From: a virus
Reading direction: 5' to 3' (one strand)
Virus record (IMG/VR): IMGVR_UViG_3300008339_000021
Location: 26,206-90,205 of that record
DNA length: 64,000 bases
This document shows, piece after piece, positions 47,790-58,503 of this stretch. The first letter of the stretch is position 1, and the number at the start of each line of letters is the position of its first letter. The translations under genes were made by a program, and so were the position numbers. Under the pieces are notes generated by a model. It ran no database searches and was not told the origin of the DNA. It was given only the letters and a program-made list of their open reading frames with translations.

Positions 47790-48803
47790 TTAAGAGTTCC
47801 AAACTTTTTCAACAGATGAGCTAAGATCATTTAAAATATCCTCATGTAAAGGGTTTTTTAAATGCTCAATAACATCAGATACATTTCTACCAAGAAGACT
47901 TCCTGTCTTAGCATGGTATATATATCCATCTGCCTTACTTATAATATACTTAAAAAAACTGGAATCACGTACAATTGATTTAATTTTTAATGTTTCCATG
48001 TCTAAATTAACTGCATCTATAAAGGATTTTGCTGCCCTTTCTTTGTTCCCCTCAGATCCTATTCCATTAATATGGTTATCCATATTTTCATAAATAATAT
48101 CTAGTGGAGTAGATTTTCTATATTGTGTACTATCACCATCTACAATTTTTGCAATATAGAATAACTTAGTACTGTTTTTATCAAATAATTTTTGAAGTTC
48201 TGCCAATGCTTTGTTACGGAGTTTTTTGTACTCTGTTCTGATCATTGAAGTTTCTTGTTCTTTATCTAAGTAGAACTTAGGTGGCACCGGTCTTGATCTT
48301 GCATCTTCATAACTTTTAGCTACAATAGAAAAACCTCCTGCTTCAATAGCATAATATTTTATTTTGTCAAAAGGATTATTAAGATCTAAGAACACTGGTT
48401 CATTACCACATTTAATTTCTATTTTATTCCAGAACTCTGCATTATCAGGCTTTAATAATTTTACCTGATTCCAGAAGTCTTTACTTTCAGGATCAAGAAT
48501 ATTTGCTGCTAACTCCTTTTCTAAATCAGCAATGCACTCTCTTATTTGTCTTACTCTAGATTGCTTCTCTTCTTCTGGTAATAATTTTATTTCTGGAGCA
48601 AATTCATTAAGTCCTGTTACATATCTAATTACTCCATTACTTTCAAGACATGCAAGTTGTTCTTGGTGTCTTACACCATCATAAAGAGCTAGACCATATT
48701 CTTCAAGACCCATGTTAGTACTTTGGCTATCAACAAAAGGTCTGATAGCTAGTTTTGTTTTTTTTGTGCTGGTAGTTTCTACCATTGTAAATTGTGTTTC
48801 CAT
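47790..48803 (-). CDS. Conserved-type protein following the major capsid gene (337 aa)
   Basis: Long ORF; position equals the conserved uncharacterised gene after MCP in crAss-like phages. Confidence 0.55.
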   Translation of the reverse strand: METQFTMVETTSTKKTKLAIRPFVDSQSTNMGLEEYGLALYDGVRHQEQLACLESNGVIRYVTGLNEFAPEIKLLPEEEKQSRVRQIRECIADLEKELAANILDPESKDFWNQVKLLKPDNAEFWNKIEIKCGNEPVFLDLNNPFDKIKYYAIEAGGFSIVAKSYEDARSRPVPPKFYLDKEQETSMIRTEYKKLRNKALAELQKLFDKNSTKLFYIAKIVDGDSTQYRKSTPLDIIYENMDNHINGIGSEGNKERAAKSFIDAVNLDMETLKIKSIVRDSSFFKYIISKADGYIYHAKTGSLLGRNVSDVIEHLKNPLHEDILNDLSSSVEKVWNS

Positions 48804-48839
48804 GTTGGTTTTTATTTGTTGATTTTTAGTTTAAAATAT

Positions 48840-48870
48840 AAAAAGGGAGGAGTTTCCCCCTCCCTCTTTT
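48840..48870 (-). terminator. Rho-independent terminator after major capsid gene
   Basis: Minus strand GGGAGGGG-GAAA-CTCCTCCC-TTTTT (GNRA loop). Confidence 0.9.
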
Positions 48871-48883
48871 GATATATGATGGA

Positions 48884-50500
48884 TTAGAAAGAGCCACCTG
48901 TTACTGGGTTTCTCATAACAATCTTAAGGACTTTAGTTGGATCCTTAACCCAAATAGCTGGGAATGTTTGAGTCATCATTACTCGGTATCCATTGAATTG
49001 ACCAGAAGACTGGAATCCTTGTGTACGGCCCATATAGTCCATAGTACCATTTTGATACCACCACTTCAATTGATTATCCCAAGACAACTTCAATAAGAAG
49101 ATATTGTCATTAGTATTATCAGTGATGTCAAAGATAATGAATGAGTAAGAAGATAATGGGAAACCATCAATGATTGGGTTCTCAATATCATTTGTATGGA
49201 TGTTGTCAAATGCTGGGTTCAACACAAACTTAACATTAGCCAAGAATGGAATAACATAAGAAGTGTAAGCAAATCCAAAGTTCAAGTCCATACCTTTACC
49301 AGTGATTGCACCAATATCAGCAGCTTGAATTACAAGACCTGAAGCAACTGCTTCTCTCTTGATAGCTTCATTTACCATTCTCATACCTCCCATACCGGTT
49401 TGTACAATCAATGATCTGTTTGGATCTGGACCTTGGAACTCAACCTTACCATTGAAGAAGTTGTAGATTTCTCCACGGAACAAATCCAATGTAAAGTTAT
49501 TTTTGTTGTATACTCTCTTGAATGAGTTATCCAACTGCTTCCAAAGACCCACAGACATTCTTAGATCATCTGGACCATCTTGACGTACTCTACCACCATG
49601 ACCCCACATTAAGTAAGTTTCAATGTCAATAGCAATTTTAGACAAGTGAGCAGCTTCCATTTGAGTTAAGAAAGTTCTAGAAAGATCTCCATTGTCAAAT
49701 GCTTTTTTTACTTTGTCTTTACCCATAACTTTGATCATATCTTCTAATGAAGAAATAGATGGATCATTGTTAGATGTAAAGTTTCTCCAGATCTCAGTTA
49801 CAGGAACTGTACCATCTGCATTCATACCTCCTTTGATCATCAAGTCAGCTCTAGAAGATACTGAATAGTGAACATGAGCCTCAGCACCACCAACAAAGTT
49901 ATAGAACTCACGGAATGAAGTTCTTGTTGTGATGTCAGAGAATCTTTCACCATACTCTCCTCTAGCAGAACCTTTACGGAAGATTTTAGTTCCCTCAGTA
50001 AGGTATTTGTGATCTAGGAATTTATAGTTGTCATTGTTTACCAACTGTACTGTATAGATGAAAGCATCTCCTACTTGTAGAATATCTTCATCAGTAATGT
50101 ACATTTCAACTCCATTGTATTTGTCATAAGTGATGATATCACCATGTCCAAACTCACGTCTGTTGATTTTAATTTTAAAGGTTGAACCATCAGTACCTAA
50201 AACTCTGTTTGGGTCTTCAATGTCTTCAACAATATAAGGAAGATCAATAGATACAGGAGTCTGCCATCTATATTCCCCTCTATGGTTGTCAACCATAATT
50301 ACATTTTTACCACCAAAGCTAGACATTTGGTAAAGAGGCATTTCCACCTTCTGAGCCATTGCCCAAAGGTCTACTGGACCTAAGTCCATTGGTTCTGCAT
50401 CCTTCAACATGTTAACCAAGTGGTAAGAATCTACGTGTGAACTTGCTTGGTAAGCTGTATCCCGTAGAAAGATACCATTGTTTAAAACTGGAGTTGCCAT
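48884..50500 (-). CDS. Major capsid protein (crAss-like HK97 fold)
   Basis: Terminase-portal-scaffold-capsid synteny, size, strong downstream terminator, distinct codon usage; C-terminal IWVKDPTK motif. Confidence 0.8.
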   Translation of the reverse strand: MATPVLNNGIFLRDTAYQASSHVDSYHLVNMLKDAEPMDLGPVDLWAMAQKVEMPLYQMSSFGGKNVIMVDNHRGEYRWQTPVSIDLPYIVEDIEDPNRVLGTDGSTFKIKINRREFGHGDIITYDKYNGVEMYITDEDILQVGDAFIYTVQLVNNDNYKFLDHKYLTEGTKIFRKGSARGEYGERFSDITTRTSFREFYNFVGGAEAHVHYSVSSRADLMIKGGMNADGTVPVTEIWRNFTSNNDPSISSLEDMIKVMGKDKVKKAFDNGDLSRTFLTQMEAAHLSKIAIDIETYLMWGHGGRVRQDGPDDLRMSVGLWKQLDNSFKRVYNKNNFTLDLFRGEIYNFFNGKVEFQGPDPNRSLIVQTGMGGMRMVNEAIKREAVASGLVIQAADIGAITGKGMDLNFGFAYTSYVIPFLANVKFVLNPAFDNIHTNDIENPIIDGFPLSSYSFIIFDITDNTNDNIFLLKLSWDNQLKWWYQNGTMDYMGRTQGFQSSGQFNGYRVMMTQTFPAIWVKDPTKVLKIVMRNPVTGGSF

Positions 50501-50528
50501 TTTTATTTGTTATTTAAATTGTTACTAA

Positions 50529-51794
50529 TTAAAACCGTTTGAACATATTATTAGTTCCACGGTTGATTGTTCTTGTTGGTTTAGAAGTTCCTCTTTGTTG
50601 CATTTGATCATCTAATCCATTTGAAGAAGTATTTTTTCTTGATTCTTCTGTTTTAAGTTGTCTTACTACTTTTTCTGTAGCTGCTTTACTTCCTTGTTCT
50701 CTTACTCTGTTTCTATAAGAATCAGGATCAGAAAGTAACCAAAGAGCTTCAGCAATAAGATCATGTCTTGGTTCTACAAACTGATACTTCTCTAATAAGT
50801 GTCCAAGTAAGTTTGTAGGTTTACCAGAAATTGAAGGATAGTTTGGTTGAACTAATCCTGAGTAAAGATGACTCTGTACTTTTCTATCCAACTTAATTCC
50901 ACCAAGTTCACCTACTGAAAGTGTATTGTATACATTATCTTGGTAGGCCTTTGCTTGTGTAGCTTGTTGTTGTCTTTTGTACTCTTGTTCTGCCAATTGT
51001 TTATTTACAATTGCTTCTTGCATCTTATCTAACTTTGGCTTAAACTGTTGAGCTTTTTGTCCTAGTCTTCCAAGTTCTGCCCAGTCTTCAATTTCAGATT
51101 CAATTTCTTCTGGAGTTCCAAACTGTGTAGCATAAAGATACTGTCTTGCAATTTCTGCTTGATCATTTTCATTATTAGGATTTAAATCTCTAATTTCTTC
51201 CACATGAGCAAGTGTTCTAAATAAGCTTTTAAGATCAGTACCACCATCTGCTACATACTTAGCAGCATATTGGAGTTCTTGTGGCAAAGACTGAAAAAAT
51301 TCTTTTGGAGTATTTTCTCTAATTGCTGCTTCTCTCTCTTGGAAGTTAGCTTCAAATAACTCTCTGAAATCTTTAGTAGTGTATTCTTCTAAAGGTTTGT
51401 CATCATCAAAAGCCATTAAAGTACCTTCCTCAATCATTTTTGTAGCTAACTCATAAAGACCTGACTTATCTACTTTAGGTCTTCCTTTATTACCAGCTTC
51501 TTCTTCTTGAGAAATTAAACCATCAAGCTCAGCAATAGTCTCTTCAACTTCTGCTTTCTTTTCTGCAGCTTCAAGTTTCTCTTGTGGAGATTGTGCTGCA
51601 GGATTATCAAAGAACGACATGTCTGTTTTTTCTGCTGTAAAAACAGATTTTTTTTCTGGTTCTTTTTGATCATCTGGCAGCATTATATTTTCTGCACCAG
51701 GAACACCAAAAAGAGCATCAATGTCTACATCAATTTGTCCTACCGTTGTAGAATCTTGTACCTGATCTTCAGGTCTGTTGTTGGTTGTTTCCAT
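50529..51794 (-). CDS. Acidic scaffold-like protein (421 aa)
   Basis: Acidic, helical, located between portal and capsid genes. Confidence 0.55.
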   Translation of the reverse strand: METTNNRPEDQVQDSTTVGQIDVDIDALFGVPGAENIMLPDDQKEPEKKSVFTAEKTDMSFFDNPAAQSPQEKLEAAEKKAEVEETIAELDGLISQEEEAGNKGRPKVDKSGLYELATKMIEEGTLMAFDDDKPLEEYTTKDFRELFEANFQEREAAIRENTPKEFFQSLPQELQYAAKYVADGGTDLKSLFRTLAHVEEIRDLNPNNENDQAEIARQYLYATQFGTPEEIESEIEDWAELGRLGQKAQQFKPKLDKMQEAIVNKQLAEQEYKRQQQATQAKAYQDNVYNTLSVGELGGIKLDRKVQSHLYSGLVQPNYPSISGKPTNLLGHLLEKYQFVEPRHDLIAEALWLLSDPDSYRNRVREQGSKAATEKVVRQLKTEESRKNTSSNGLDDQMQQRGTSKPTRTINRGTNNMFKRF

Positions 51795-51817
51795 TCTGTT
51801 GGTTTTTGTTTACATAA

Positions 51818-51829
51818 TAATATACAAAA
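51818..51829 (-). promoter_or_regulatory. Conserved intergenic motif (TTTTGTATATTA), candidate late promoter for scaffold-capsid operon
   Basis: Exact copy 23 nt upstream of the start codon. Confidence 0.6.
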
Positions 51830-51884
51830 TAAACTTGGAAAATTTAAAAGTTAAAAATTCTTTTTTTGCACTATATAGCTAAGT

Positions 51885-54635
51885 CTATTTTTTCTTTTTG
51901 TTTGAGCTGCCAGCATCATACTTGTTTTTATTTACTCTAGCTATCTCTAATTGTTTATTGGCTATATCTTGTTGTACTTGTAACTTCTGTTGTTCCATAT
52001 TCATTTTCTGAGAATGCTTTACCATATCATCACTTTGTTTCTGTCTTTGTACATCCATTTGACCTTGATATTGTTCAGTTTCTCTGATTTCTTTCATAGC
52101 ATCTCTAAAGTCAGACTCTTGGTTTTGATTAATATCAGCCATTGAACCATATCCTGCAGCTCTAATCTCAGCAACAGTAATGTCTTTCTGAATCATCTTA
52201 TCATCTCTTTGAGCAGCAGCATCAATCTCCATTTGTTTTTGCTTCTCAGCTGAAGCAAGTTGTTCTTGTTGCATTTGCTGTTGTTGTTGCAGTTCAGCTT
52301 GTTTTTGATCTTGTATTCTTTTCTCAGACATTTTGAGAACAGTATTTATTTCAGAGATTGACTCAGACTGTATTACTTTACCTATGTCATATATAGAAGC
52401 TCCTGTAGTATTGTTTTGTATTGCCATTTGTTTTAACTGTTCTAAGACAGCTCTATGATTAGCATTAGTACTACAGAATATATTTAGATCTCTCATTAGA
52501 AGATCCGTACCGTCAACTTGAAAAGTAACTTTTTCATCTGCCTCTGTAATATATGTCAACCTTGTAGAAGGTTTTGTAGAATGATAGTACTGAGCTAAGT
52601 CAGTTCTCATCTGATGTACTCTTGGCATTAAGTAATCACAGTGTTGTATAAAGTAGGTTTCTGTTTGAGCATAAGATGCAGCAGCAGCTTGCTCTACACC
52701 AGTAGCTGTCATTTGAGATAACTGTTGTCCCATTCTTTGTGGGTTAACACCAATTACTTCATAAGCTTGTTGCTTAAAGTGATTTGCAAGTTGTATTCTA
52801 GAAAGTAATCTTTCTGTCTGTGACAGATCTAGCTTTTGGAAATGCTGGAAGTTTAATGCATTTTCAGTATTAGTAATTGAAGTATCTAATGGTAGCATCT
52901 GAAAATTCTTCATTGCTACATAAGCTTTAGCCAAGTTACCTTTACCCCAATCTTCTCCTAATGAGTGTCTTGGTAATGTATTCTGGTCTAGCATTATAAT
53001 AGTACCTAGTTCATCTACTAAGATGTCAGCTATCTGATTGTTTACTATGTTGTATCCAATCTGGTATGGCTTCATTAAATCAATAAGTGCAGTAGATCTT
53101 GTATTTCTATCTGAGAATATAGAACCTTCTACAGGAAGTTTACATCCATACAAACTATTATCACCTTTAAACTGGAATTTTAAAGGACCTATTTTAGGTT
53201 TATCTATTCCAAGATATATTGGAGTAAATCCTCCTGGATTATTCATACCCCAGAATGAAGGAATATTAGGACCAATTTTAACTCCTCCCCATACTTCATT
53301 AATCCAAATCCAATCAATGTGTTCTCCAAATACTAAATTATCTTTACTCTTGCCTTTAAAAAGTCTAGTATCATAAATTGGTTTATCTGATACTGAATAA
53401 TCTTCACTTACAATTTCTGTTAATACTTCTCCGGTTTCAGATATTTTTGTAAGATGTCCTACTTTCTTCTGTGATTTCCAATAAGCTGTAGTTACCCTTA
53501 GTAGATAAGCTGTACCTTGATCATAGTAGTCTTCTCCTTCAGCTAGTATTTGAGTTATAACATCTGATCCATCAAGTACATTACCACCCATAAAAGATGT
53601 ATACTGTCTGTAGGCAAGAGATGGCATGTTTGTATTCCAATCATGTGATTTAGTTCCATCATAGAAAGCTCCATCATTTTGAAGACCACCAATATTATAA
53701 GCTGCTGATCTAATTGGATAAATGGCTTCTAATGCTTCCATCTGACCTTCATTCATCAAATATCCAAATTTGTCAACTACATCTGATGGAGTAAACATGT
53801 CTGTTTTACCTACCCAGTTTGCTTGAGAGATGTATCTATTATCTGGAGATTTATGATAGAAACTAATTACTGGATTCCAAAGTTCTACTTCATAATCATC
53901 CTCCATCATGCGGAAATGCCAGAACTCTCTATCTGTAATAAGCATGTCTCTGAATGCTCTTTCTTCAAGTTCATCCATTCTAAATCTTTCAACATCTACT
54001 TTATGTTGATGAGTTGCCCACTGTTCAATTACAGATCTATAATCTTTTTGAAAAAACTTTTCAATTTCTGGAAGTGTCTTGAGTTTTTCTGGAGCAATTT
54101 GTTGTTGAGCTTCTGGAGAATTAGGATCAAGACCTTGCTCTATTAATGCAGAAATAATTTTGGTTTGAGCATCTGCTAATAGAGTTTCCTCTATCATCAT
54201 TCTTTTTTGCTCAAGCATTTCATTATATGAAATATCATCAACTGCTCTATAACTTAATTTACTTGATCTTTTTGCAAATTCAGATACTAGAACATTAATT
54301 ACATTTGGAATAATTGGATAGAATTTTAATTCAAAAGCTGAGGCATCTTCTTTAGTTAATAACTCAACTATGTCTCTGTATTCATTATCTTCCTCAACTA
54401 TATAATCTGTTCTATCTATAATACCTTTAGCAAGTTTATAATTTTTCATAAACCTGCGGGCATTTCTTCTAATTTGTCTTAGACCATTCCATTCTAACCA
54501 ATCTAAATTCCAAGCAGCCCATTGCTCATCTTTTTCTTTTTTAGTAAGAAATTGAAGAGGTTGAGTCACACTACCTAATCTGTTGTGTTGGACTTTAGCT
54601 CCATTCTTTAATTGCATTGCGTTATATACCTGCAT
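51885..54635 (-). CDS. Portal protein (crAss-like)
   Basis: Follows terminase; motifs YPIIPNVINVL, WIWINEVW.G.KIG, KLPV.G, LMKPYQI.YNIV; Q-rich C-terminal coiled coil. Confidence 0.85.
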   Translation of the reverse strand: MQVYNAMQLKNGAKVQHNRLGSVTQPLQFLTKKEKDEQWAAWNLDWLEWNGLRQIRRNARRFMKNYKLAKGIIDRTDYIVEEDNEYRDIVELLTKEDASAFELKFYPIIPNVINVLVSEFAKRSSKLSYRAVDDISYNEMLEQKRMMIEETLLADAQTKIISALIEQGLDPNSPEAQQQIAPEKLKTLPEIEKFFQKDYRSVIEQWATHQHKVDVERFRMDELEERAFRDMLITDREFWHFRMMEDDYEVELWNPVISFYHKSPDNRYISQANWVGKTDMFTPSDVVDKFGYLMNEGQMEALEAIYPIRSAAYNIGGLQNDGAFYDGTKSHDWNTNMPSLAYRQYTSFMGGNVLDGSDVITQILAEGEDYYDQGTAYLLRVTTAYWKSQKKVGHLTKISETGEVLTEIVSEDYSVSDKPIYDTRLFKGKSKDNLVFGEHIDWIWINEVWGGVKIGPNIPSFWGMNNPGGFTPIYLGIDKPKIGPLKFQFKGDNSLYGCKLPVEGSIFSDRNTRSTALIDLMKPYQIGYNIVNNQIADILVDELGTIIMLDQNTLPRHSLGEDWGKGNLAKAYVAMKNFQMLPLDTSITNTENALNFQHFQKLDLSQTERLLSRIQLANHFKQQAYEVIGVNPQRMGQQLSQMTATGVEQAAAASYAQTETYFIQHCDYLMPRVHQMRTDLAQYYHSTKPSTRLTYITEADEKVTFQVDGTDLLMRDLNIFCSTNANHRAVLEQLKQMAIQNNTTGASIYDIGKVIQSESISEINTVLKMSEKRIQDQKQAELQQQQQMQQEQLASAEKQKQMEIDAAAQRDDKMIQKDITVAEIRAAGYGSMADINQNQESDFRDAMKEIRETEQYQGQMDVQRQKQSDDMVKHSQKMNMEQQKLQVQQDIANKQLEIARVNKNKYDAGSSNKKKK

Positions 54636-54640
54636 AGCTC

Positions 54641-56851
54641 TTATTTAAAATTTTTGAAAGGTGATCTTTTAAAACTTTGTGAATTAAAAGATGAACCCTT
54701 TCCAACATTACGAAACGGGTTCTTATTTAATTTAAACAAATTTTCTGACTTTTGCAAGTTTTTAGCTGCATCATCCATAATTACAACTTTAGCAAAACCC
54801 CTGTTTGACTCTTGTATTTTTATAAATGAAACTAATGCAGCAAATGAAACCAATCTATCCACATTGACTCCATCAGAATATTCTTGCATTTCTTTTATTA
54901 GCATTGGATCCGGAATTCTTTCAATACCATATTTTGTTCTAACAATTGTACCATCTGGTTTAGTTTCTACATCTAATTCTTCTTTAGTATATTCTATGGC
55001 ATAACTAAGAAGATGTGCTTTAAATAAAGAACCTGTATTTTTCCATCCATATTCCTGATACACATTAGCATTAGCTCCTAAATCCTTCAAGAAAAGAATT
55101 TGACTTTTTGGTACTAAATATCTTTGTTTCTTTCTAGATATCATATACTGTATAAAAAGTGAAATGTTATTCTCTACAATAGTCCAGGCATTATACCATT
55201 CTATTATAAGTTCTAACATTTGATGTGTTCTATTTATATCATCATATCTTCCACACCATGCAGCTACTATCTTACCTTGCTCTATGTAGGTTTCTGTTTC
55301 TACAGCATTTACCTTTCTTACTTCAGTAGATGATTTCATTACATAAATAGAGCACAATGATTCTGATGTTGTTGTTTTACCTTCTGATACGGGGTCAATA
55401 GAAGCAAAATATGTTTTACCAAATTCTGGATTTTCCATTGGTCTTTCCCAAACTACTAAACATCCAGTCTTATCCTCTGTCTTTTTATTTACAGGAAATT
55501 CAGTAATTGGTCTTTTATTACTACTCTTTACTGCAGGCTTTCCATTTTCATCTGTAAATATATCTAAGAACTCAAATCCATATTCTTTATCTTCAATTCT
55601 TCTTTGTTGTGCAGCAAGTAAATGAGTAGGGAATACAGAAACTGTTCTATTTGCAAAAGCCTCATGAATATTTCTAGGATGCTGAGATATTCTTAATTGA
55701 TACTCTTCTGGGGCTAATTCATTCTTCCATTGTTTAAACTGCTCATTCAAAGCTTCTAATGCTTCTTCTACAAGTGAATTACCATAGTCATCAATATATG
55801 GAGGCATGGACCATTGTTCAGGAATAAATAAACCTGACAAACCTATAGTACCTTTATCATCAATAAGATCTGTTTCTACAGCATATATATCTTTTGATGT
55901 TGGATTTAAAATCATATCCTTTAATGGTAAACATTGACCTAAATCACCGACAGATCCTGCAGCTATAAACATACCTGTAGTAATTAAACCAGATCTCATT
56001 GCAGGTCTCATGTACTCATATGTCTGATCCATCTTAGGAGCAATTCCTGCCTCTTCATGAAAGAAGTATTTAACTGGTCCACCGACACCATTAGTAGGAT
56101 CTTTTTCAAAGGACATACCTTGTATAGTTCCTTTAAGACCAACTTCATTCTTTCTATCTCCTTTTCTTACTTCAATCTTTTGTTGCCACATCATAACCTT
56201 GTCTGGAGACATAGGTCTATACCATGCAGTATGCTCATTTAAGAAAGCTGCATATTCTTGTAAGAATTTCCAAGATCCTTTCTCATTAATATAATCTTTA
56301 AGACTGGCTCCTATTTTCAATGTAACCCCTGCCTCAAACCATTGTTGGTTAATGAGTTTACCCATGTGGTAATATGATGATGCTATCTGTCTTTTCTTTA
56401 AGATAGCTACATGTTTGTATGAAAGTTCTGCTAACATCTCATAAAGAGCCATATGATATTGGGCATCTCTGATTTTAGCAAAGTCAAACTTCTGTTGTTC
56501 TTTATCAAAGATAGGTAAGAAGTTTAACCACATATAATATTCTCTGCAGACATACCATGTTAGATTTCCATCTTTAACTAATAGGCCTTTTCTACATCTA
56601 ACTTTTTGTTCTTCCCAATAATTTATGTAGTCTTTGGATTTAAAAGGAGATGTGCAATATACTCCATCCTTTTTAAATTTGGTTGACTCTGAAATAAATA
56701 ATTCATTGGTAAGCTCGTTGAATTGGTATTTTCCTGGTTCCTTAAATATGTTATTAAGGATAAACTGCTTGAAGTCCTCTCTGGATTCAAAACTTGTGGT
56801 TGTCCACTTTCCGTTTTCATAAGTTGGTATATCTTGGTAAATCTCACTCAT
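54641..56851 (-). CDS. terL: Terminase large subunit
   Basis: Walker A-like LKKRQIASS, Walker B YFFHEEAG, nuclease motifs FASIDP, IVENN and NVDRL. Confidence 0.9.
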   Translation of the reverse strand: MSEIYQDIPTYENGKWTTTSFESREDFKQFILNNIFKEPGKYQFNELTNELFISESTKFKKDGVYCTSPFKSKDYINYWEEQKVRCRKGLLVKDGNLTWYVCREYYMWLNFLPIFDKEQQKFDFAKIRDAQYHMALYEMLAELSYKHVAILKKRQIASSYYHMGKLINQQWFEAGVTLKIGASLKDYINEKGSWKFLQEYAAFLNEHTAWYRPMSPDKVMMWQQKIEVRKGDRKNEVGLKGTIQGMSFEKDPTNGVGGPVKYFFHEEAGIAPKMDQTYEYMRPAMRSGLITTGMFIAAGSVGDLGQCLPLKDMILNPTSKDIYAVETDLIDDKGTIGLSGLFIPEQWSMPPYIDDYGNSLVEEALEALNEQFKQWKNELAPEEYQLRISQHPRNIHEAFANRTVSVFPTHLLAAQQRRIEDKEYGFEFLDIFTDENGKPAVKSSNKRPITEFPVNKKTEDKTGCLVVWERPMENPEFGKTYFASIDPVSEGKTTTSESLCSIYVMKSSTEVRKVNAVETETYIEQGKIVAAWCGRYDDINRTHQMLELIIEWYNAWTIVENNISLFIQYMISRKKQRYLVPKSQILFLKDLGANANVYQEYGWKNTGSLFKAHLLSYAIEYTKEELDVETKPDGTIVRTKYGIERIPDPMLIKEMQEYSDGVNVDRLVSFAALVSFIKIQESNRGFAKVVIMDDAAKNLQKSENLFKLNKNPFRNVGKGSSFNSQSFKRSPFKNFK

Positions 56852-57366
56852 TACATATCATAGGCTAATCCTTGCCCACCCCTTACTTTACTTGATTGTT
56901 CTTCTTGAAGATCTTTGTATGCTCCTTTAAAAGATTGTCTTATTGATTCATAATTTTTAGCAGCAGCTATTAATGAATTCATATTACCATCCCGCCCATG
57001 TGTAATAGGTGTTATTTCCATATATCTAGCTAATCTATCTAACATAGATGCAATACCTTTGTATGCTCTGGATGTAGGTGTTTCATACATCTTTTCACAA
57101 AACCTTAATGCTGCAAAGATTGTGTCATCCTCAGTAGAAAACTCTGCTTCTATTTCTTTTAGAATAATATACTCTTTATCTTGTTCTGGCACAAAGAAAA
57201 AAGGATTCATGTCTGGATTAGGACAGCACATGTAAAACAAATAGAGGTAAACTTTTAAATAATCATCTGGATACTCATCCATAACATCTTTAAGAGCCTT
57301 TAGTGTATAACAATGTTCAGTAGGTATTACTACACCGTTTTGAACATCAAATAGTTTTGCATACAT
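56851..57366 (-). CDS. Helical protein upstream of terL, possible terminase small subunit
   Basis: Stop-start overlap with terL; helical; C-terminal VRGG. Function inferred from position. Confidence 0.45.
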   Translation of the reverse strand: MYAKLFDVQNGVVIPTEHCYTLKALKDVMDEYPDDYLKVYLYLFYMCCPNPDMNPFFFVPEQDKEYIILKEIEAEFSTEDDTIFAALRFCEKMYETPTSRAYKGIASMLDRLARYMEITPITHGRDGNMNSLIAAAKNYESIRQSFKGAYKDLQEEQSSKVRGGQGLAYDM

Positions 57367-57367
57367 C

Positions 57368-58204
57368 TTATTTCTTTTTAATAAAGGTAGGACTTTCTTT
57401 TATATGATTCATTACAGCAATTACCTCATCATATAAATAAGGTACTGGAATTGGAGTAACATCTTTTACAATTGGGTCCCCATTCATATCTTTCTTTGCT
57501 ACAGGATATCCCCAGTCATCTTTACCATCTGTCTCAAATTTAATATGATGAATATATATTGTACCTGGCAATAACTTAGGATTATGCTTAAGTATAATAT
57601 ACATATAAATACTCAATTGTAAAGCATAGTGGTTAAAGTTGCAATCATCTAAATGAGAAACTGGATGGAGCATCTTCTCTGAAATTCCCTCCCAGTCCTT
57701 AAATGACTCCATCTTAATTTCTTTATTAGTTTTATAGTCAATGATATTAACTCTTCCATTTACAACTTCAACTAAATCTGATTGACCACAAATACCAGCA
57801 GACTTTAAATAAACCATATGTTCTGGATAAACTCCTGGTTCAAGTTTTTGATTTGGTGCATATTTAATACCATCTTTTAACGGCAGTGGTTTAAATATTG
57901 GAACAGTTACACCTTCTCTTTCTATTGATGCTAAAGAACACAAATCATCTTCTCTTTGATTATGATACCATGTTCCTAAGTCTGTAGCTCTCTTAGCTTC
58001 ATTACTCCAAATATCTTGAATAATTTTTGGTTCAATTCCAAACCATTTGGATCCTTGTTTTTTAGAAACTTTTTCTGCTGTTTTTTTAGCATCAAAAGGT
58101 TTCTTTAATGAGGATATAACTGTAGTTACACTATACCAGACAATGTTATGTTCATTGTCTATACTCTTGTAACTATGATCTTGTGCATTAAAAAATATAC
58201 TCAT
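57368..58204 (-). CDS. PD-(D/E)xK exonuclease-like protein
   Basis: YSVTT, GTWYH, CGQSDLV..IIDYKTN, HYALQLSIY. Start reassigned to 58204 (ATGA overlap with upstream stop). Confidence 0.8.
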   Translation of the reverse strand: MSIFFNAQDHSYKSIDNEHNIVWYSVTTVISSLKKPFDAKKTAEKVSKKQGSKWFGIEPKIIQDIWSNEAKRATDLGTWYHNQREDDLCSLASIEREGVTVPIFKPLPLKDGIKYAPNQKLEPGVYPEHMVYLKSAGICGQSDLVEVVNGRVNIIDYKTNKEIKMESFKDWEGISEKMLHPVSHLDDCNFNHYALQLSIYMYIILKHNPKLLPGTIYIHHIKFETDGKDDWGYPVAKKDMNGDPIVKDVTPIPVPYLYDEVIAVMNHIKESPTFIKKK

Positions 58205-58503
58205 AAGCTGTCTAATTGATCTTCTTTCTTTTCTGATACTATGGATGCCCATTTTTTTGCAGGACATGAAGTTGATAGAGATCTTGTTTTAAATGATAAA
58301 GAACAACCACACAAAGAACAACATGGTTGAGTACCAGGCATAACACATTCTTTACCTTCTATGTCTTTATCAGGACACACATTACAGATTTCCATTCTTA
58401 ATTCTGAAACATGCTCTACAAATTCATCTTTAACAATTGAATTTGTTATACCTTCAATTATCTGTTTCCGGTTCTTCCAAATTTCTTTGAGACTTGTTTT
58501 CAT
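58201..58503 (-). CDS. Small Cys-rich Zn-finger-like protein
   Basis: R..ICNVCP...CSLCGC.L..KTRS..SCP..KW pattern. Confidence 0.7.
   Translation of the reverse strand: MKTSLKEIWKNRKQIIEGITNSIVKDEFVEHVSELRMEICNVCPDKDIEGKECVMPGTQPCCSLCGCSLSFKTRSLSTSCPAKKWASIVSEKKEDQLDSL

Noticed and set aside
48884-56851. Introns, inteins or homing endonucleases in terminase, portal or capsid
   Set aside because: The ORFs are uninterrupted and of ordinary size, with no intein splice or LAGLIDADG/HNH motifs seen.
58205-58267. Longer N-terminus of the nuclease ORF as given in the track
   Set aside because: Overlaps the Zn-finger gene; the ATG at 58204 in an ATGA stop-start overlap is the more plausible start.
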